The translations under genes and the position numbers were made by a program. Below the pieces are notes generated by a model, which saw nothing but the letters and a program-made list of their open reading frames with translations, made no database searches and was not told the origin of the DNA. From Parasitella parasitica NRRL 2501 (taxonomy: Eukaryota; Fungi; Mucoromycota): a stretch of DNA of 64,000 nucleotides. The stretch is from assembly GCA_025201805.1 (NCBI GenBank), contig MU619350.1, positions 1 through 64,000 of the forward strand, written 5' to 3'. Shown here piece by piece: positions 11,859 to 24,845 of the stretch. Numbering within the stretch: position 1 is the first letter of the stretch; each line of letters opens with the position of its first letter.

Positions 11859-12946
11859 TATACTCTTATTATACTTGATTTCTAAAGTCCAAACACGTGC
11901 AATTTGTGTTCATTATTGCTGGTATTATATGCTTTACCTCTTTGATTGTGGGTAAAGTCGATTTTTCCCTTAAAAACAGTAAATAGTACACACTTTTCTA
12001 AAAGATCATAACTAATACTCTTTTGCACGTTTTTATAGTATCTATCACAAGAAAAAGATATACAGGATGGCGTGTTCCTAGTGCAGTAGTTCATTCAGGT
12101 ATTATCATTTATAATGTTTCCTCTGTAAGAGCTTTTTCACTAACTGGAAAAAAAAATTTGTTTTATATTTGTAGTTTCCCTTCTCTCTTGATGTCAAGTG
12201 GATGGCCTATCACTGAAACTTGACATTAGGTCTTTATCCGGGTCATACAGGAGCATGTAGGCTGTTTCTACTCATCGACTGTGCTTACCCTAGCAGTTCT
12301 TGAGATGGGCCATTTTATCCAAAGCTGTGAAGTGTGGTAAGGCATTTTTCGGCTATTTAGGGGGGGTATTCATTGAAACCTTACCAATTTGTATTTTTGG
12401 TCGAATTTCAAGCTCCGCCCTACATCAAAACAGGGGGAAACCCTGTTTTTTTGTTTTTAAGATTTAGGGGTTGACTTAGCCAAATCAATCGCGCAATTTA
12501 GAATTTTTTGGCACTCTTTTTGTGTGTTTTAATAAATTTTACGAGAAAAATAAAATAAAAAAATACATCGTAATCATCCCAGCACTTTGTTTGAACATAG
12601 ACAATCGGCATGCGAGTACTAACATTGAAACTGTTGAGATTAAATAGATTCTTCAATCTGTTCTTGAAATAAATCATCTTTTATCCTGCTATTCTACGAT
12701 CATACACATTTAAACATTTCATGGTGTGGCTACCTACTTGCCTAGAGTTACAGTATTAAGAGATCACACAGCAATTCACACAGCAATTCTCTACTTTCAC
12801 ATAATGAGCGTTCTCGCAGAGGATCTTATTACACAGCATTTGCTAATTATACTTTTTACTATTACATAAATTTTTGGTGACTTCTTTAGAATATTAATTG
12901 ATAAGAGTAATTTGCAAGTAACATCATCCTTGACAGCGTACGATGT
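11859..12946 (-). repeat. Right arm of long inverted repeat
   Basis: Reverse complement of 2798-3885. Confidence 0.95.
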
Positions 12947-13365
12947 ATTATTATACTACAAGGTTATTGATATTTGACCTGATAGTACCTTACTGTTTGT
13001 CAATCATTATACAGATCTGTGTTACAGATATTGATTTGAAACAAAGACATTATTCTCCTGCTTCGACAAGTATAACAACATATCATTGGACAATCTCTAA
13101 TCTTCAATTGAAATACATTACCATGATCTCCTATCTTAAATCACGGCAGATCAAACTATTTGAAAAGACATCAATTATCATAAAAATCCAAAGGACATCA
13201 TTTGCAACAATCTTATCGAACTAATGGTGCGCCACTTAAATGTTGACAACATGTGTCGTTGAAACTTGTTGTAGTGCATATTAGGCGAATGACTATTTAT
13301 TTTTGTGATATCAAAAAGTGTAAATACCATGTAGGGGAATATAGATTTGGTTTCTTATTTTGAGG

Positions 13366-16300
13366 CTACCGCGATACTTGCTTCTTTTTTATAATGGTTG
13401 GCATTTTGGCATCACTGTCGGCCTTTTTCATTTTCACAATAATCTGATTACCAGCATCGTCTAGACTAATGAATTTATCTCCATTTACGTAACCAGGTAA
13501 AGGCGATCGAGATCGACTGCCTGATGATTTGCTGGAAGACCGTGTGGATGCCAAACTACTACTATTTCCACCACCACCTCGAATGATAACTCGCCCAGAT
13601 GGAGACGCAGACCTTATGGTATGTAGATAAGCCTCTTGGAATGGGACATGATTATCAACAGGGTTAATAAAATTATCATTTGCCGATTCAGGCCTCGAGT
13701 AGGCACCTTCTGTAAGACCATGGTCTTTCAAAAACTTGGATAACTCGACCCAACCACCCCCAACACGGACCATCACCAGTTGACTTGGCAAAATACGGCA
13801 GTAAACTAGCCTTGGATTTTCATCACCAAACCAATACTTTCCTACTTGATCAGGGACAATTTTAACAGTAACACGGTAAGGCGAGGAATTTACAATATGG
13901 CTCAATTTGATGTCTAATTCATTAGTGGGATCAGGGATATAAGCAGGATGCAGTCTACTGCTAGACGAAGATGCAGAAGGTATGGCCGACTTTGGCCGCT
14001 GTTGATGCTTTCTGTTGATACCGCCACCATGAGTAGAGAAAGGGGGCAAAACACCAAAGCTTCGTCCAGTCGTAGCAAGTGCCGAGTGTCTTTTTGAAGG
14101 CGCAGCCTCAATAACTGACTGCAAAACTCGGCGAGTATTGCGAGGTTTAGTCTTGGCCATAGCAAGTTTTGTGAAAAACTCATGGTCTAACTGATTAATG
14201 CAAGTTTGCAATTCTCTTTCGGCAGTAACAGCAGCAGCTTGTGTTTGAGTCCATTTCTTGGCTGCCTTCTGTAGCTCTTTACTTACACGATCATTACCAT
14301 CCAAAAATTGCTTCTTTGATTCTATGCGAGCCCGATTCCTGATGCCATTTATGATTTGCTGATGATGTTTAAAGGCTGCGACAAGTGATTTGAGTAATGC
14401 TTGAAGATCAGATTTGACAAATTTGTTGTTGACAATCCTTGAATGATATGGCGAAGCATTTTCAATAGCAGACACAAGTGATGCGATATTTGCATTAAAC
14501 TCATCCATAATTTGCAAAAATTCAGACAGGTCTCCTTCATCAGTGGCTTCCTTCTTTTTAGCAATCATCAGCAATAAAAGTTGGTCATATTCAGATGCTA
14601 GCTGTGCAAGTAGAGTACTGATCTGCTCATCACTGTCATTGTAAGCACAGACAAGGTCATCCAGAGTTTTCTTCTTCTTGTCCCAAATTTGATGGAAATC
14701 CTCACAAAGATCTTGCAATTCCTTTACTTCAGAAGCAATACCTTTTCCAGTTAACTGTAATGAACTGACTCTGTCGACGGTTCCCGAAATGTACTTCAAG
14801 TTGTCTCTGATCATCGAAATGATCTGCAAACGTTGATTAATCTTGTTCATTGCTTCTCTCTTCATTTGAACTTTCGATCCGAGTGCGAAATAGTGGTTTT
14901 TAATGTTTTCTGAAGCCCTGGTAACTATTTCGTACGAATTCTTCATGCGGACATCAGACTTCTTTAATCCTGCAACATCAAAAGTCATTATTTGTTGGCC
15001 GAGGTCTGTCAATTCTTGAATAGTATCCGCCAATGAATCTAATCGACCTTTGATTTGCGATAATGCATGTTCTGTCTGCTTCATCGTTTGTGTTTCTTCT
15101 TCACAGTCGTCCAGTAAAGCAACGATAGATGTTTCATTTTCAATGTATTGGGATAAGAGTGTAGCGATTGTTGAGCATTTTTGTTCAGAGGTTGAAGCGT
15201 CAGTCAATGTCTGTATTAAAGTTGTAATAGGCTGTAGCAAGTTATCGACTTCCTTCTGTGAGCAGCCCAGCTCAGATATCAACTTGTTGCATTGCTTCAT
15301 GCGTAATGAGTCTACTTCATTTTGACAGCTTGTGTATTTTACATCCATATTCTTGCACAAGAGCGTACAGGCTTCAACTCCATTTTTGATAATGGCTACA
15401 TTACCGAAATCGTAGATATCAAGGTGATTGTTGAAGGTATCAAGTTGCGAGTTGCAGTCAGCACACAATAGATTAACCATTTCTTTGACAGACTGGATTA
15501 ACCGCAGCTTTTCTTCAGTGTTCATTTGGTTCTTTAAACTTGCTTTCAGTGTTTCCAAAAGCTCCATAGAGATATTGCGCTTTTTGCTATATGGCTCGTA
15601 ATTGACAACATCCTCTAGTAATTCATCAGCCAAATCAAACAATTCTCCAGAGAGTAACGTCTCATTTCTATCAAGTACATCGCTGATGGTGCTATACTCT
15701 TTTTGGCTCGAAAGTTCCAGCCAACCTTGAACAGACATCAGATCGTCTTGAACAAGAGTCAGTAAGTCTAATATTTTAACCCATTTGGAAGAGCGTGCAA
15801 CAAGAGCAGATAAAAGTATCTCTTTGTTTAGTAGAGTATTCCAATCGTTTGAAACTTGAGATTGTTTTGGGTTTTGGTAATCCTTATTAGAGGCAACAAT
15901 AGCGCTGTACTGACTAGAGACATTATTGAAAGAATCCTTCAAATCGGCCATAATTTCAGCACCATCTTTATATTTGGATACGAGACCCTGTTGTTGAATC
16001 AATCTGTCGTCAGAAGTGCCGTCGTGCAAAACAAGCTTATGGTCCTCATAAAGAATATCAAGTGAATCTATTTGATGTTGAATTAACTCTTGTAAACTCG
16101 AAATATCAGCGACGTATTTTTCAATCAATTGAGTAAGATGTAACTGATTTTGAAGCTGACCCAATCTAGAATGAATTTCACGGATGGTTGAAATGCCCTG
16201 ACTGGAAACTTGGCCAATGTTATCAAGTTGTTCTTTTGAAAGCAGTGCTTTGCTGGAGTCCACGTCGAACATCAAATTTTGGTATTCTCTGGTTTCAAGA

Positions 16301-19300
16301 AGAGTTACTTCATCCGTCCAAATGGAGAGTTGATCATCAGAAGTGACATCCTTGCTGCCATCTTCAATTCGACACTTCAAACCAGTAATAGCCTTGCACC
16401 AAGCGTTGACTTTGCTCTCAATCAATAAAGCGGTGCGACTCCTATTTAATCCGGTTGCTTCAGCCATTAAATCATCCCAAGCTTGACTGATACGTTTTTG
16501 GGTAGGCACAACTACATTTACGACTTGATCAGCTAACTTTTGATTATCGTCGTCTTCATCTTGCTCATCCTCCTGGTCCAAAGATTTGTCTTCAAAAGCA
16601 GAAATACATTTGTTAAACACGGAATTCAAGGACGACAAAACGTTGTCCTTTGACTTCATTGCTTGCTCAATACTATCTGCTTGGCTGACGGCTTCCTTGA
16701 GTTTTTTAACATCAATTGTCTTCTCGGGTAGGGTATACGAGTTGCTGTTGCTGAGCAATTCGCGCCGAGACTCAACCCAAGCTTCTGTCAACTCAGCTTG
16801 TTTTTCGTAAGAGTGTAATGATAATCTACGACGAGACACACGTTCCTTGGATTCAAATAACTGCCGCAAACTAGACCAGAGCTCACCTAGACGAGCATTA
16901 CGCATGCCAATAGTTTCAAGGATTACATGATTAGTTGTCTCGTCCTTAATCTTGGCCTGCGTAGATAGATTTTCGAGTGTTCTCACGGGATACGGGATGC
17001 TAGTCGCTAAATGCTCACGCACATCATCAATACCAGCTTTGAACTTTTCCAGTCTTTCGGTATGGTTCTCCAGAAGACCAGCAATCTGAGCATTTCCACC
17101 AGCTACCTTTGTTGCAATGAATTCTTCTCGGATTAGCTCGGCAGATTGCTCCAATTGGGCGGTTCTCAGGATAAAAGCAGATACCAGGCAATGTTGAGTT
17201 ACCACTTGGTTGGCAAAACTCAAGTAGTAGCTTGCTCTATCTTGGGCTACCTGCACGTCCTGCATCTTTTTCATGAAAGCATTTGGTAAAAGTGTAACGT
17301 TGGTGTTATTGTAGTGGTTTGTTGATTCAGCAACGAGTATTTCAAAGCGTTCTTGGAGAGGTGCAATGGTTTTCTCCTGGTAATCAACTAATTTCGAGTT
17401 AATTTCGGACCATTCTGTGCGTAACACTGTTTCTTCATCATCATCAATGATGGCTGATGAGAGAGAGTCGCTTTGCCATCTTGCTTTATCTTCAATAAAT
17501 ACTCCAATCAACGCTTCTTGCTCAGACAAATAAGACAGTGCCTGCCTGACAATATCCTCCCAACGCATACGCTGCTTGATCAAATCCAACTCTTTAGACC
17601 GTGCTTCTACATTTTCCTGGAATCTAGCTGCAGTTCTTCCCAGCGACTCCATTCGAGCTTCCAAATGATCAGGTGTAGCTATAGGCCGCGATAGCTTGGG
17701 AAAGTATTCCACAAAAGCATCGTAGCTCAACTGAATTGCGGGCAAAATCGTCTTTTGAAACTTGTTCTTTTGAACAAGAAGTCGAGCCAAGTCCTGCTGC
17801 AACGTTTGTACATGAGCTTCGGTTAATTCATCTTGAGATATGCATTGATTTTTTTTTGCTGTGAACTGCCGCAGTTGCTCATTCATTTCTTCTAGCCGAG
17901 CAATACCTAGTTCAAGGTTCTTTTCCCACTCAGCTCTCTTGGAAGCTGCTTCCAATGTTACAGCTTGATCTGTTAGTCCACGTTTGAGCTGCGATAAATG
18001 ATCCATCACCTCTCCCAATTGACGAGCAGCAGAAGAAACGTCGACAGATTGACTCCTTTTCTTTTCAACCGAATCCTGGACCAAATGTGCAATACGATCA
18101 TGTAAGGCCATCACTTTGTTGCCTTCGAATGTATCCACCTGCATTAGTAAGTCAAGCTGTGACTTTTTGAGTTCAGAGATACTGGTACCACGAGCCAGAA
18201 AGCTTTCAGCAGAAACATCAACATGCTGAAGTTTGAGTGATTCGACCTGTTCATTGATCCATTTGCTCAATTCGCAAGCTTCCTGCTCATACTGATTGAC
18301 AAGAGCTTTCATGCGATCGGCATCGCGGTAAGCATCCATTAGCTGATCAATAGACTTTTCAAGGTGAGAGAGATCTTCCATTTTCTTGTCCAACAAAGCT
18401 TTGATTTGGGCTCGTACTTGAGATCGATAGGCTGAATTCGAGCTGCTATTTTCAGCTAAATTTTGGTGGTGATGATGCTGTTGTTGGTGAGGCAATGATC
18501 GAAGCCAATTTCCGTTATATACGGGATATATCATGTTTCTACCGCATTCATCCCACAAGCTTTTGATTTCCTGCTTGAATTGAGCAACGCGCACATCTAA
18601 TGAAGGAGCTCCTTCTTCATCCTGCATCATGATACGACGGGTCTTTTTGTATACAGCGTCTTTGATTTTGTCGCCTTCATGAGAGACATCTTGAGCACGC
18701 AAAAGAAACTGGGTGATGGTGGCACGTTGAGTGACAAGATCAGTTGTATACGCAGCTAAATGCTTCAAATCGTCATACTTGAGCTTCAAATCTGTTTGCT
18801 TTGATGAGATGAAATCAGGTACATCTGCCGTATTATCTCGAGAAAGTTTGGTATAGCTTTCGACTAATTCCACATAGCTATCAGCTAGTGACACAATATG
18901 ACGATCTCCTAATTCAGCAACACGGTCCTGAAGAAACTGCAATGACTGGCTTGTTTCATGGTCGCCTTGATAAGAAGGCTTATCTATAATCTCTTTGGCA
19001 GGATCATAACGAGCTTTCTTCACATTGAAGTCGCACAGTTTACGAGCAATCGTTTGAAGGTGGCTATTAGATTTATGCCATTGGTTTCCCCAATGAATGC
19101 GATGCTTGAGTGCATCTAATTCAAGTCCACGAAAAGCGATCAAATCCTTTAGCTGTTGCTGGCTACTCTCCAAATCCTCCACACCACTGACCAAGGCATC
19201 ACGGTCAATGGAGACAGCATTAGACGCATCGACATCATTCTCCAAGTTACGCACTATGTCGAAGAGTTTGGCTAGATCATCATTTTCAATTTGATGTAAT

Positions 19301-19408
19301 CTCAAGGCAATCCCATCGCGTTCCTTTTCCAAACGATGCAGGTTTTCATCGTCAGCAAAAGTGGTTGATGATCCAGATGGCGACGACGACAGGCCTAAAT
19401 TGTTTGCA

Positions 19409-19479
<71 letters not shown>

Positions 19480-22400
19480 ACTGTTTCGTTGCATGCTTTG
19501 GTATGATGGAGCTTCGGCAGCGCCCTCAGACGATGATGAGTGAGAGTCTGAAGTAGACATAGCCATTGAGGTTCCGTACAGCATTTCATCGAAACGAGTC
19601 TTTTTCAAAATCTTGATCCTTTCATCCATCCACAACTTGACTCGACTCATGGCTTCAAATGCTTCACCTGCTCGTTGCTGTAGCGACATGACTTGATAGC
19701 GGGATGTAAGCAGTTGATCCAAGCCGTCTGCAATCAAAGCCAGAGACATGCTGTAAGCACTGATAGTACTCCTGATATTCTCATTTGTAATTTCATTATC
19801 TTGAGCATCATTTGCGCCGATGGCTGTTGACATCTCTGGTACAGCGGGGTATGGAATGCACGTACTAGCGTTGGTAATCAATCGAGCTGAATCCTCTTTG
19901 AAGAATCGCACCTGTTCGGCATATTCGTCATCCTCTTCGACGATAGCTGCAGCCGATTCCCTCATCAACACATGTCTCAATTCTTCTCCAACATCACGGA
20001 GCTTCTTGAACTTTTCGACAGTGCTGATCATGGATAAGAGTTGCTCCACGACCTTTCTACTAAATCCAGACCGCTTCATCAAATCTTCAAACGCTTTCTC
20101 AAATCCCAATTGGCGCACTTCGAGATAATCTGGCAACGCTTCATTCTTTAATGTCTCTATTTCTTGATAGGCGTCGAGAACGTCAGAGTAGTCGCCTTGG
20201 TCAAAATCTGCAATTTTTCTTTCCAAGCTCACCAACGTCTTGATCACACCTTCGATTCCTTTATCCGTTGCATTGTCGTCGTCATCAGTTGCTGTAGCTG
20301 CATAGCTGGCTTCATCTTTCTCAGACCATCTTGCTTTTCCTCTAAGAAAGGTGTCCATTTCTCCATCAGTAAGAGCTATCCATTGTACAGCCTGTCCAAA
20401 CAGATCTTCCCATTTCACACGTAGCATCAGCAACTGAATCCAATGCGAGCGCTCATCTAGCAACTTGGTTAAATGACTAAGCATGTTCAATGTTGTGAGT
20501 GTAATTTCAATGGTGGATGTATCGGCCGGAGTCAACTCCTTTTCTGAGGTAGCGTGCGTCAACATTTTGACATGCGTACGGAGACGATCCATGTCATCGG
20601 CATCAAAATGATCAATTTCTTGTTTGAGACGCTCATGCTGATGGTGCAATTGGAGCACTACATCGTCCGAAATCGAAAGTTCGCGAGAGACAGGGTTGGC
20701 ATCATCTGTTTCATTACGGGTCTGAATGATTTGGATGTGTTTGTCGATCCAGGCACGAATACGCTCTGCCTCCACAAACCAGGAACGCACTTGATCCACC
20801 CAATCACGCACGGTTTCATAGCGGTCTTCCAGTTCGTCAATCCGATCCGCAAAACGAGTAAAGAAAGTATCGCTGGAATCTATCAACAGATCTTGCTCGT
20901 ACTCATCTCGGACACCTTGAATAGTCGTACTGACCATATGGATGCGCTGTTCTAAACCTTGAATAAGCTGATCTGTAACGGAGCTTGTTCCGCTGTTGCT
21001 CATCAACTGTTGGATGACATCAAGTTCGTCATTAATAGCCGATGTAATTTGTCCAAACTCCACGCCACTTTGAAACAATCGGCAAGTGTGTTGCAACTGA
21101 GCTCGTTCCTCTTCAGACGCTTCGGACAATGACTGCGCAAATGCCGTTGCCATGGCAATTGATCCGTCCAGCGGATGAATCGGTTCGTTTTCACCATTCA
21201 TGGGTACTAATCTTGATTCGTTGATATAGGTTGATGCATGTTGTGCTACATCTGAACGTTTTGATAGCTGCTCCCATGTCTTTTTCAATTGACTGAAACG
21301 ATTCAGAATTACTTGATTCTCCTCAGAGGCTGGATCCAACTGATTAACAATCTGCTCTACATGGTCAAGTAGAATACGAGATTTATGTGAATCCTGCCAT
21401 TGCTCTTCCGCTTGTTTGTTTCCACTGGCAGTCAACGATAAAGTGAGCGTATCCAATTGCTGGTATATATCCTGGTTATCAAATATGATCTCCGGATGCG
21501 GTGTGCCTGGCGAATCATCCTTTTCCTCTTCGTCTTCTTCTGCAACAAACACTGTGGAGTTAGGTGGCGAAATAACGGCGTTTACGGAAACAAGTGAAAT
21601 ATCGTTCTGCCTTGCTCTTGATTTTTCAATGGTATCCATCTGCAGTTTCGACATGACCTTATACATTTCGCTCACATACATCATGACAGAGGGTTCGTGA
21701 GGATATTCAACTAGCAAATCAGCTGCTTCCAGATATTTTGGTATATTCATTTGCTTTTCGGCCACCTGAAACGCCAAATTTAGTAGTATTGTCCATGTAT
21801 CTTTATTGGCTGCATGTTTCAGATGCTCTGTGAAAAGTGTTGGAAGTAAATCTGGGTCGTATCTGTGTATCAACAAACAAAATGCCAATCCTGATCGCCA
21901 AGATCTCGAAAAATCTTGCACCGTGGTGATGATATGGCTCTGGACATAGTCTTCCAATTGAGTGCGAACCCAGTATAATAGCGCTAGTTTTGCTTCGATG
22001 GTAGGTTTTCCTCCGTTCAATGTGCGTGAGGTGCTTGTGCTCGGCAACGGAGATGGCGGAGGAGCCTTCAAAAGAGAAGAATTAGGCTACAGCAAATTAG
22101 AGTTAGTAGTGTATATGAAACAACAAAAAAACGATAAAACACTTTACTTGATCTAACAAAATTGGGTGTATTTGGTATTTTAACATGATGAAAAATGTAA
22201 TAGCCAATGTACTTTTTACATCGCCATTTACAATTGCTTCGCTTGCAACGGCTGGTAGACTATTAGCTCCCCACTGATCTTGCAAAAACTTTAATGCCTG
22301 TGCTACATTCGACAAATGATGGATTCGCATATCCCCCCTCTCTGGTTTCAAATTGGGTTGATTTGCTACTACGGCCAGTAACTTTAGTAACTTTCTGCCG

Positions 22401-22699
22401 TCCTTAAGGTCCTTATCGATGCTGGAAACAGACTCGTCAGCTTGATTTAATTGAACGTTCATCCATTTTGTCAATGTTCTGATTTGGATATCTTGGTATT
22501 CAGAGCCAATGTTTTTATTTAACTCATCGTCTTCTATGTGTCTATTGGTTGTTACAGGTGGTATAAGTTGCGAAGAAGTGGAACGCACGTTAGATATAGA
22601 TCTAGTTGGTCTTTGTTCAATCATGTCGGCTTGCAATGGTAGGTGCTGCGGCTGACTATGTATTTCGAGCTGGTTTAAACGGTCTCTATATTCCATCAT
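13366..22699 (-). CDS. Spectraplakin-like cytolinker (~3083 aa): tandem calponin-homology actin-binding domain, long spectrin-like helical rod, C-terminal GAS2/GAR domain
   Basis: Exons 22699-22148 and 22065-13366 joined by an in-frame GT-AG intron. CH1 QIRTLTKWMN..DLKDG..RIHHLSNV; CH2 LLYWVR..VQDFSRSWRSGLAFCLLIH..PHEPSVMMYV; GAR GKYWFG..VYCRIL..VMVRVGGGWVELSKFL; Ser/Arg-rich tail. Confidence 0.88.
19410..19480. repeat. (GCTGTT)n hexamer microsatellite encoding a poly-(Asn-Ser) tract
   Basis: About 11 tandem GCTGTT units inside the giant exon. Confidence 0.95.
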
Positions 22700-23265
22700 C
22701 AAGTCTTGTTTCCCAGTTTGTTATCAGTATAAAAGCATTTATATTGATATAAAAAAGAAAAGAAGAGCAACCAAAAAAAAACAAGGAAGCGAAAAGAAGA
22801 ATGTGATACAGTGCAGTATTTGCACGGTTCTTGAATTCCAAATTACTTCTTGCAAAAGGTTTTTTCAGGTTCAAATATGAGTTCTTGAACCTGATTATGT
22901 CTTGTTTTGATCGCTTTATACAATGAATTCAGCTTGTATGTTATATTTTTAAAACTGTTCAAAACATTAGGTTCATTCATACATAATAAGGAGTCGAAGA
23001 TGCTTATTTGTCTACATACATCTTGAGCAAAGCACGTCTCTGATGACTTCTGTCAAAACTCTATTAAAGGGACGTATTGAAAATTAAATCAGAAGCATAT
23101 TTCTGTCATTCAGGAGCTATGTTTTCCGTTATTTAAAGGAATGTTCGTTGCTAGCATGTGTATAAAAATTCACTTAATTTTGGTGATGAAACTTGTGTCA
23201 TTTTTACAATGAAAACAATACTTTATTTTTATCTTTTAGAGCAAGATTACCTCCTCAAATTATAG

Positions 23266-23309
<44 letters not shown>

Positions 23310-24845
23310 CCCTTTCTGTTCATCTATCTGTCTAATACCTTAGTCGTATGGAATATCGTATGAATACCTCGCCTTGAAGACCCAAAAAGAGAAATATTTT
23401 CTTCTTGTGTTCCTTTAATTACACTTGAACAAAATTTAGCTGTCTAATGTGATCGTAATCTAAATATTTGTCGTCAATATGGTTGCCATATGTCCTTTGT
23501 CATTGGTAATCAGTTCAAAACTGGCAATAATAGCATTAAAACATAAATAACTTTCAATTTAACGAATGTTTGAAAACTCTGCTCGCTTTTTTTGATCAAA
23601 CATAAAGATTATTTAATTACGATTAAGGGAAACAATCTGTAGAATATTGTTTGATAAAGTCTTGTAGACAATCCACAGGGACTTATTCGCTTCTCCTCTT
23701 GACTGTCAATCCGCCAGAGCTCTTCACCAAGTTTTCAGCATCATGTACACATAATATTCATGACAATAGAGATTTTAAGATATATGAAGTTTGGGAGGAG
23801 TTGTAGAGACTCTGGCGAGGAACAATTTTTATATTCTGACAGTGTATCCCAACCATGTCGTTGCACGAGATGTCTCTATTACGTACAATATAACATTTTT
23901 TTATTGAAAAGTAGTACGAAAAATAGTAGCCTAAGATTTCTCTTCATAAGCATGTTTTGATGCAAATAAAGAATTATCAGACAAAAGCGGTTTATTATAA
24001 CAAGCAAACAAATTGGTATATATCTGAAAAGATCAAAATATATTTCTTCGCTGCTAAACAATTACAGTCAGAAAACAGCAGCTTTTGCTGATAAGTTTTG
24101 ATGTATGTGTCACCCAGAGCAAATAAAGTATGTATCGGATAGCCCTAATCGTGGTGGTACCAGACAAGTGTAAATCACGGCTAGGTTTGTTCTTTATGTG
24201 AAGTTGTAAGCGTTCATGTGCAGTTATTTGTGTTTTTTAAAAGAATAGATAGTGGAAATAAGATATGTATCTGGTGAATCTGACTCCTCCAAGGTAAGGT
24301 ATGTGTTTCTGACCATAAATAGGTGGTGTCTCTTTCAGCATATTAAATTACATGCACTATCAACACTCATTGTTGACGGCAGCTTCAAGTTCTGCGGTAT
24401 TATCTTGGACTTCTGATCAGATTATTTAATACATCACGGGAGATTTTTATTATATCAAGGTTATCTTAAATGCCTCTTTACAAGGTCTCAATTTATATAT
24501 TATATATATTTCATTACGTTATATACTAACTTTGCAACAACTTTTAGATTGTGAAAACCAAGGCCAAATTGCTAAATCAGACAATTCAAGTCCTGGCGTA
24601 ACTCGATTCGTTTTATTTTATAACCTTTGGAGTATCCGAGACAACACTACTATAGCGATGAGGAATTACAGTTTGTGGATCTTCGTACTGTTTGCGTCTA
24701 GAAGTTATGGTACCTTACATATCACATATTGCATTGTATCTTACGCGTGCGACATCAAAATACTAAATCAAGTAATGAGCTCCGGTGTTTCTGGATTTCC
24801 TTTACTCGCGTTTGTTGTTTTTGTTGTTTTTTTTACCCTACACAG

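Noticed and set aside
1-13200. Centromere or pericentromere
   Set aside because: Repeat-rich, but no Grem-LINE1-like ORFs or recognisable centromere motif.
19361-19589. Poly-Leu, poly-Cys and (TA)n ORFs
   Set aside because: Alternative frames of the coding microsatellite.
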